The notes beneath the pieces were generated by a model. The model searched no databases. It worked only from the letters and a program-made list of their open reading frames with translations, and had not been told where the DNA came from. From NCBI GenBank assembly GCA_963550265.1, contig CAUVCH010000001.1, positions 1-41,641 on the forward strand: DNA of 41,641 nt, in the 5' to 3' direction. Below are positions 36,241-41,641 of this stretch, one piece after another. A program made the translations under genes and the position numbers. Within the stretch, counting starts at the first letter, position 1. Each line of letters starts with the position of its first letter. The DNA comes from an uncultured Mitsuokella sp. Its GTDB lineage: Bacteria; Bacillota; Negativicutes; Selenomonadales; Selenomonadaceae.

Positions 36241-36259
36241 CAACTGCATAGAAATTCAT

Positions 36260-36285
36260 ATGGCTGCCTTTGGCAGCCTGTTTTC
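36260..36285 (+). terminator. Terminator after rnpB
   Basis: GGCTGCC-ttt-GGCAGCC followed by TGTTTT. Confidence 0.7.
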
Positions 36286-36433
36286 ATGTGCAGATACTGC
36301 CCTGCACTATGATGAACTATTTTGAAAATACCATGAAAACGATAGTATCTATATTTTTTTCAGATAGGCGTGTTAATATACACACATCGATTGATTATGA
36401 CACGGCGCAGCGCCGTATCATCAAGTGCCATTC

Positions 36434-36615
36434 GGGCGCTGAAATTCTTGGGTGTATATATGTATGAAGCCGAACTCGGCCCAGAGGCGGGGGAACCAAG
36501 TTTTGGGGTGAACAGACGCAGAGCATACAGGGAAAATACTTGTGTGATAAAGTGTTTGCGGGTGCATCTCCATCCGAACCCGGCAGCTAACCTCGTAGGC
36601 GAAAAGAGAGAGGAG
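36434..36615 (+). promoter_or_regulatory. Cyclic di-AMP (ydaO/yuaA) riboswitch
   Basis: Conserved blocks in the expected order: CGCTGAA, AGAGGCGGGGGAACCA, TTTTGGGGTGAA and CCGAACCCGGCAGCTAACCTCGTAGGCG. It lies upstream of a cell-wall hydrolase, a typical target of this class. Confidence 0.9.
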
Positions 36616-36622
36616 TATCCCT

Positions 36623-37291
36623 TTGTTTAAACGAATGCGTATTTTTTTCCTAGTGTCCATCTTTATGCTCGGTGCAGTTTCCGTTGCATCTGCAGCAGCC
36701 TTCCGTGTCGGCGATGAGGGAAGTGAAGTTCTCGCGATTCAGAAACAGCTGGCAAACCTTGGCTACGATGTCCCGGTAGACGGCGACTATGGTCCCGCGA
36801 CTGTGGATGCTGTCAAATCTTTCCAGAATGCGCAGGGGATGGAGTCCAATGGGCTCGTCGGTTCTGCGACGTATTCGGCGCTTCTCGGCAAGACGATGCC
36901 GGCGTCCATCTCCCGCGGCAGCAACTATGTTTCCCGTGCCGTTCTCTCAGAATCCATGAATTATCTCGGCGTTCCGTATGTCTTTGGCGGCACGACGCCT
37001 TCGGGTTTCGACTGCTCCGGCTATGTCCGCTACGTCTTCGCAAAGGCAGGCATCCAGCTTCCGCGTACGGCTGATGCACAGTATGAAATGGGCACGCCGG
37101 TTGCAACGAGCGAGCTTGTGCCGGGAGACCTCGTCTTCTTCTCAACGTATGAGCCGGGCGCTTCGCACGTCGGCATCTATCTCGGCAATGATAAGTTCAT
37201 CAACGCATCTTCGAGCCGCGGCGTTTCCGTTGCATCACTGCATAATTCTTATTGGAACGCCTGCTACATCGGTGCACGCCGTGTCCTGTAA
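36623..37291 (+). CDS. Secreted NlpC/P60 peptidoglycan endopeptidase with an N-terminal peptidoglycan-binding domain
   Basis: Signal peptide (ASA-A), PG_binding_1-like VDGDYGPATVDAVKSFQ...NGLVG, YVFGGTTPSGFDCSG and HVGIYLG. TTG start after AGGAG. Confidence 0.92.
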   Translation: MFKRMRIFFLVSIFMLGAVSVASAAAFRVGDEGSEVLAIQKQLANLGYDVPVDGDYGPATVDAVKSFQNAQGMESNGLVGSATYSALLGKTMPASISRGSNYVSRAVLSESMNYLGVPYVFGGTTPSGFDCSGYVRYVFAKAGIQLPRTADAQYEMGTPVATSELVPGDLVFFSTYEPGASHVGIYLGNDKFINASSSRGVSVASLHNSYWNACYIGARRVL

Positions 37292-37313
37292 GAAAATTTC
37301 AGTAGGAACGTTT

Positions 37314-37341
37314 AGGGAGAGGCTTCTGCCTCTCCTTTTTT
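37314..37341 (+). terminator. Intrinsic terminator after the NlpC/P60 gene
   Basis: GGAGAGGC-ttct-GCCTCTCC followed by TTTTTT. Confidence 0.85.
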
Positions 37342-37362
37342 GAAGAAGAAAAGGACGGATCG

Positions 37363-37437
37363 ATGTCGGATGTTTTCTTGGTGATCCTCATCGCCCTGAT
37401 GATCGTGTATACTTTCGGAGATGAACTCTTTTCCTGA
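37363..37437 (+). CDS. Candidate 24-aa single-pass membrane microprotein (MSDVFLVILIALMIVYTFGDELFS)
   Basis: AAGGA RBS 7 nt before the ATG and a 15-residue hydrophobic run. Codons such as ATC, CTC, GCC and CTG match the host genes. Confidence 0.4.
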   Translation: MSDVFLVILIALMIVYTFGDELFS

Positions 37438-37491
37438 AGGCAGGGGCGTTTTTATGAAACTTCCCGCCAAAAACCGTGTAACATGTGTTTC

Positions 37492-37520
37492 TTGCACGCA
37501 GGAATTCTTTGTTGTAGAAT
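37492..37520 (+). promoter_or_regulatory. Probable SigA promoter for the activase gene
   Basis: TTGCAC-N17-TAGAAT. Confidence 0.5.
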
Positions 37521-37657
37521 AGGAAGGAGGCGATGATAACGCTTCCTTCCTTTTTTTGTGCAAAAAGCAAATCGTATGTTTAGGCAGAGAAAATGGAAAT
37601 GATTTACTGGATTGTGCCGCCTGACTTTCGGGTGGCTGTACCATAGGTGGTGTAAAA

Positions 37658-40600
37658 ATGAAACCATTTTATAATGTGGGGGTCGACGTCGGTTCGACGA
37701 CCATCAAATTGGTCGTGCTCGATGAAGCGAAGAAGCTCATCTACAAGAACTACGAGCGCCATTTCTCGGAGATCGGGAATGCCCTGCAAAAGAATCTGAT
37801 GCATCTAAAGGACATCGTCGGTGAGAAGAAATTTTCGTTCGCACTGACGGGCTCGGCGGGTATGGGCATCGCCCAGCGCATCGGACTTCCCTTTGTACAG
37901 GAGGTCATTGCGTGTGCAGCAGCGGTGAGAGAGCTGATTCCGCGCACGGATACGGTCGTCGAGCTCGGCGGCGAGGACGCGAAGATCACTTACTTCGGCG
38001 ATGCGCCGGAGCAGCGCATGAATGGTGTCTGTGCAGGCGGCACGGGCTCCTTTATCGACCATATGGCATCGCTTCTTTCGACGGATGCACCGGGGCTCAA
38101 TGCGCTTGCGGAAAAGGGCAGGCAGATCTATACGATCGCGTCTCGCTGCGGTGTCTTTGCAAAGACCGACATTCAGGCGCTGATGAACGACGGCGCAGAA
38201 AAAGCAGACATCGCGCTTTCCGTTTTCCAGGCAGTGGTCAACCAGACGATCGGCAACCTGGCGCAGGGGCGCCCCATTGCGGGGAATGTCGCCTTTCTCG
38301 GCGGTCCATTGCACTTTCTTCCAGCGCTGAAGCAGCGCTTTATCGAAACGCTGAAGCTCGATGCGGCGCACATCGTCGATGTCGATTACGGCAATTATTT
38401 CGTCGCCATGGGCGCTGCGCTTTCAGACGAAGCAAGATGCATCGATGCAGCGGAGCTTACGGACAGCATCGAGCGCGCGAAGACGGCGGCAGCCGCGGAG
38501 ACGCGGACGGCAGATTTCACGCTCTTTACGGGCAAAGAAGATTATCAGGCGTTCAAGGCGCGTCACGAAAAAGACAGGGTTCGGCGCGGCGATTTCAAGA
38601 GTTACATCGGTCCGGTTTACGTTGGCATTGATGCTGGCTCCACGACGACGAAGATCTGCGCGATCGGCAAGAATAAAGAGGTTCTCTACACCTCTTACGG
38701 CAGCAATATGGGCTCGCCGCTGAAGACTGTCGTGAAAGAGATGCAGGATCTCTACGGCGAACTTCCGGCAGCGGCAAAGATTGCGGGCGTCATGACGACG
38801 GGATACGGTGAGAAAATCGTCAAGGCGGCACTGCACGCGGACGGCGGCGAGGTCGAGACCTTTGCACATCTGCGCGCGGCGCAGGAGTTCTGTCCAGAGG
38901 TCACTTTTGTCCTTGACATCGGCGGACAGGACATGAAATGCTTCTTTGTCAGGGACGGCAGCATCGGCAACATCACGCTGAACGAAGCGTGCAGCGCGGG
39001 CTGCGGCTCCTTTATTCAGAACTTCGCCGAGGGTCTTCACATGACGCCGGCAGAGTTCGCAGGTCTTGCGACTGAGTCGAAGGCGCCGGTCGACCTCGGC
39101 ACGCGCTGTACGGTCTTCATGAATTCAAAGGTCAAGCAGGCGCAGAAAGAGGGCGCAGATGTTTCGGACATCTCGGCGGGCATCGCGTTTTCTGTCATCA
39201 AGAATGCGCTCTTTAAGGTTATGCAGCTCAAAGACGTGCGCGAGCTCGGCGATTATATTGTCGTGCAGGGCGGCACTTTCTACAACGACGCTGTGCTCCG
39301 GTGCATGGAAAAACTGCTCGACCGCGAGGTCATTCGCCCGGATATTGCGGGTCTGATGGGCGCTTACGGTGCGGCAATCCTCGCGCTCGAAGCCGGTACG
39401 AAAGAATCGACGCTTCTCGGCGCAGACAAGCTGAAGGACTTTTCTGTCGACACGAGTTCGTATCGCTGTAAGGGCTGCGGCAATAAGTGCCTGATCACGA
39501 TGCAGAAATTTTCCGACGGCAGCAAGTACTTCACGGGCAACCGCTGTGAGCGCGGCATCGGCGGCGAAAAGAAGTCAGCGGATGTGCCGAATATCTACGC
39601 GTACAAATACGAGCGGCTCTTCCATCACTACGAGTCGCTGAAGAATGCCAAGCGCGGCAGGATCGGCATTCCGCGCGTTCTCAATATGTATGAGGATTAT
39701 CCCTTCTGGCATACCTTCTTTACAAAACTCGGCTACGAAGTCGTGCTTTCCGGCAAGTCCAGTGCAAAGATGTACTACAAGGGCATGGCGACGGTGCCGA
39801 GCGATTCGCTCTGCTATCCCGCAAAACTCGTTCACGGTCACATCATGGATCTCATCGAAAAGGGCGTCGATAAGATCTTTTACCCGTGTGAGCCTTACAA
39901 TATGAAGGACGAGGTTCATGCGTCGGACAATCACTTCAACTGTCCGGTTGTCGCATCGTATGCGGAAAACATCCGCGGCAATATGGACATTCTGCGCGAA
40001 AAGAACATCGAGTTTTTGCAGCCGTTTCTGCCGATTCACGACAAGAAGCGCATGGTGAAGCGCCTTTATGAAGAGCTTGGCGGCAGCGAGGGGCTGACGA
40101 AGTCGGCGATCAAAGAGGCGGCGGAGGCGGGCTATGCAGAGATTGCAAAGTACCGCGAAGACGTCCGCGACTACGGGGAGAAGATTCTCGAGCGCATCGA
40201 AAAGACCGGCGAACACGCCATCCTCCTCGTCGGCCGTCCGTACCACATTGATCCGGAAATCAACCACGGCGTGCCGGAGATGATTCAGTCATACGGTCTG
40301 CCGATTCTCTCAGAAGATGCGGTCTACCATCTGCCGACAAAGGGCACGCACCTTTCCATTGTCAACCAGTGGAGCTATCACGCGCGTCTTTACCACGCGG
40401 CAGAGTTCGTCGCCGCGCATCAGAACCTGACACTGATTCAGTTCAGCTCGTTTGGCTGTGGGCTTGATGCTGTCACGACGGGACAGGTCAAGGAGATTCT
40501 CGAGGGGCATGACCGCATCTACACGATGATCAAGCTCGACGAGGTCAGCAACCTCGGTGCGGCACGCATCCGCCTGCGCTCGCTGATGGCGGCGCTGAAG

Positions 40601-41641
40601 CGCAGGAAGCCCGCGCCGTATCAGGATATTGTCTTCCCTGACCGGCCGCATTTTACAGAGGATTGCAAGAAGACGCATACGATTCTCGCGCCGCAGATGG
40701 CGCCGATTCACTTCGAGCTCTTTCAGACGGTGCTTGAAAAGTACGGCTATAAGGCGGCAATACCGCCGATGCCGGACAAGCATGCGATTGATCTCGGGCT
40801 GCGCTATGTCAACAACGATATGTGCTACCCGGCGATCGTCGTCATCGGTCAGCTCATCGCCGCGCTGAAGTCCGGCAAGTACGACCCCGATCACACGAGC
40901 ATCATGCTCTTCCAGACCTGCGGCGCCTGCCGTGCGACGAATTATCTTTCGATGCTTCGCCAGGCGCTGAAGTATGCGGGGTTCCCGCAGGTTGCGGTCT
41001 TTGCCGCCAAGGGTCTTCCGGAAGAGACGGATTCCTTCAAGCTCGACCGCCCGATGCTCGTCGATACGATCAAGGCGGCGGTCTATGGCGACCTTCTCAT
41101 GAATGTCAAAAACCGCATGATGCCTTACGAGCTTGAAGAAGGGGCGACACAGGCGCTTTTTGACCTTTGGATGGCGCGCGCCAAGGAAGAGCTCGTGCAC
41201 GGCAGCTACTTTAAGTTCAAGCGCCGCGTGAAGGACATTGTCCGCGCTTTTGACAAGCTGCCGATCGATGAGCACATGTGGAAGCCAAAGGTCGGCATCG
41301 TCGGCGAGATCCTCGTCAAGTATCACCCGGTCGCCAACAATGATCTGGAAAGGGTTCTGATGGAGGAGGGTGCCGAGGTCGTCATGCCCGAGTTCTGCGA
41401 TTTCTTCCTCTATTCGGCGTACGATTCGGTTTCCAAGCACAAGCTCCTTGCGGGTTCATACAAGAATCAGTTTTTCGGTCGGATGTTCATCAAGATCATC
41501 GAGTTCTTCCGCGGTCCGATGCGTTCGGCACTCAAAAAGAGCCGTCATTTCCGTCCGCCGCATACGATCGATGAGACAGCAAAGCTCGCTTCCCGTCACG
41601 TCAGCCTTGGCAATATGGCGGGTGAAGGCTGGTTCCTCACC
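37658..41641 (+). CDS. Large CoA-substrate-specific enzyme activase / 2-hydroxyacyl-CoA dehydratase-like fusion (two BadF/BcrAD-type ATPase modules plus further Cys-containing domains), truncated by the window edge
   Basis: ATG 37658 (RBS AGGTGG) gives MKPFYNVGVDVGSTTIK. Downstream are ELGGEDAK, MNGVCAGGTGSF, IASRCGVF, a second module GIDAGSTTTK/DIGGQDMK/LNEACSAGCGSF/LGTRCTVF, RCKGCGNKC, SFGCGLDA and the final GEGWFLT, which is in frame with the start. It is missing from the ORF track, consistent with no stop in the window. Confidence 0.88.
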   Translation, partial: MKPFYNVGVDVGSTTIKLVVLDEAKKLIYKNYERHFSEIGNALQKNLMHLKDIVGEKKFSFALTGSAGMGIAQRIGLPFVQEVIACAAAVRELIPRTDTVVELGGEDAKITYFGDAPEQRMNGVCAGGTGSFIDHMASLLSTDAPGLNALAEKGRQIYTIASRCGVFAKTDIQALMNDGAEKADIALSVFQAVVNQTIGNLAQGRPIAGNVAFLGGPLHFLPALKQRFIETLKLDAAHIVDVDYGNYFVAMGAALSDEARCIDAAELTDSIERAKTAAAAETRTADFTLFTGKEDYQAFKARHEKDRVRRGDFKSYIGPVYVGIDAGSTTTKICAIGKNKEVLYTSYGSNMGSPLKTVVKEMQDLYGELPAAAKIAGVMTTGYGEKIVKAALHADGGEVETFAHLRAAQEFCPEVTFVLDIGGQDMKCFFVRDGSIGNITLNEACSAGCGSFIQNFAEGLHMTPAEFAGLATESKAPVDLGTRCTVFMNSKVKQAQKEGADVSDISAGIAFSVIKNALFKVMQLKDVRELGDYIVVQGGTFYNDAVLRCMEKLLDREVIRPDIAGLMGAYGAAILALEAGTKESTLLGADKLKDFSVDTSSYRCKGCGNKCLITMQKFSDGSKYFTGNRCERGIGGEKKSADVPNIYAYKYERLFHHYESLKNAKRGRIGIPRVLNMYEDYPFWHTFFTKLGYEVVLSGKSSAKMYYKGMATVPSDSLCYPAKLVHGHIMDLIEKGVDKIFYPCEPYNMKDEVHASDNHFNCPVVASYAENIRGNMDILREKNIEFLQPFLPIHDKKRMVKRLYEELGGSEGLTKSAIKEAAEAGYAEIAKYREDVRDYGEKILERIEKTGEHAILLVGRPYHIDPEINHGVPEMIQSYGLPILSEDAVYHLPTKGTHLSIVNQWSYHARLYHAAEFVAAHQNLTLIQFSSFGCGLDAVTTGQVKEILEGHDRIYTMIKLDEVSNLGAARIRLRSLMAALKRRKPAPYQDIVFPDRPHFTEDCKKTHTILAPQMAPIHFELFQTVLEKYGYKAAIPPMPDKHAIDLGLRYVNNDMCYPAIVVIGQLIAALKSGKYDPDHTSIMLFQTCGACRATNYLSMLRQALKYAGFPQVAVFAAKGLPEETDSFKLDRPMLVDTIKAAVYGDLLMNVKNRMMPYELEEGATQALFDLWMARAKEELVHGSYFKFKRRVKDIVRAFDKLPIDEHMWKPKVGIVGEILVKYHPVANNDLERVLMEEGAEVVMPEFCDFFLYSAYDSVSKHKLLAGSYKNQFFGRMFIKIIEFFRGPMRSALKKSRHFRPPHTIDETAKLASRHVSLGNMAGEGWFLT

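Noticed and set aside
37454..37522. 22-aa ORF MKLPAKNRVTCVSCTQEFFVVE with a CxxC
   Set aside because: It overlaps the TTGCAC-N17-TAGAAT promoter, has a weak RBS and only half a zinc ribbon, so it is probably chance.
37805..41440. Several ORF-track entries on both strands (e.g. 37912..38631 +, 40310..41440 -)
   Set aside because: All are alternate-frame or antisense shadows of the long activase CDS starting at 37658.
1..41641. CRISPR arrays, tRNA/rRNA genes, transposases, integrases, prophage genes
   Set aside because: I saw no regularly spaced direct repeats, cloverleaf or rRNA signatures, or recombinase motifs on reading. A by-eye scan could miss degenerate cases.

Overview
This 41.6-kb window looks like chromosome from a high-GC diderm Firmicute, most likely Negativicutes/Selenomonadales. 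That placement is an inference: Firmicute-type long HPF, xpaC-telA, wecB-atpZ and a c-di-AMP riboswitch occur together with RND pumps, a type I secretion system and a GT9 enzyme. Gene order: partial alternative sigma factor (minus strand, absent from the ORF track), hpf, XpaC-TM2 fusion, telA, class B PBP, tagO/wecA-like gene, wecB, orphan atpZ-like gene, pfkA, RND pair 1, a tightly coupled ABC-HlyD-ABC-GT4-(MTase-like/GT) operon, GT9, two paralogous GT2 genes, gltX and orphan dhaL (minus), RND pair 2, a 190-bp palindromic element, recA-recX-tadA, RNase P RNA, c-di-AMP riboswitch with an NlpC/P60 hydrolase, a candidate 24-aa membrane peptide, and a >1,328-aa CoA-activase fusion running off the window (also absent from the track). 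The best candidate for an undescribed system is the RtxBDE-like dual-ATPase type I secretion operon. Both ATPases have protease-dead C39-like domains, glycosyltransferases are coupled to them, and no cargo gene is present, so it may glycosylate and export a large protein encoded elsewhere. The second highlight is the MITE/REP-like palindrome with TTAC on both sides and a decayed half-copy 33 kb away. All assignments come from motif recognition by eye; no database searches were run.
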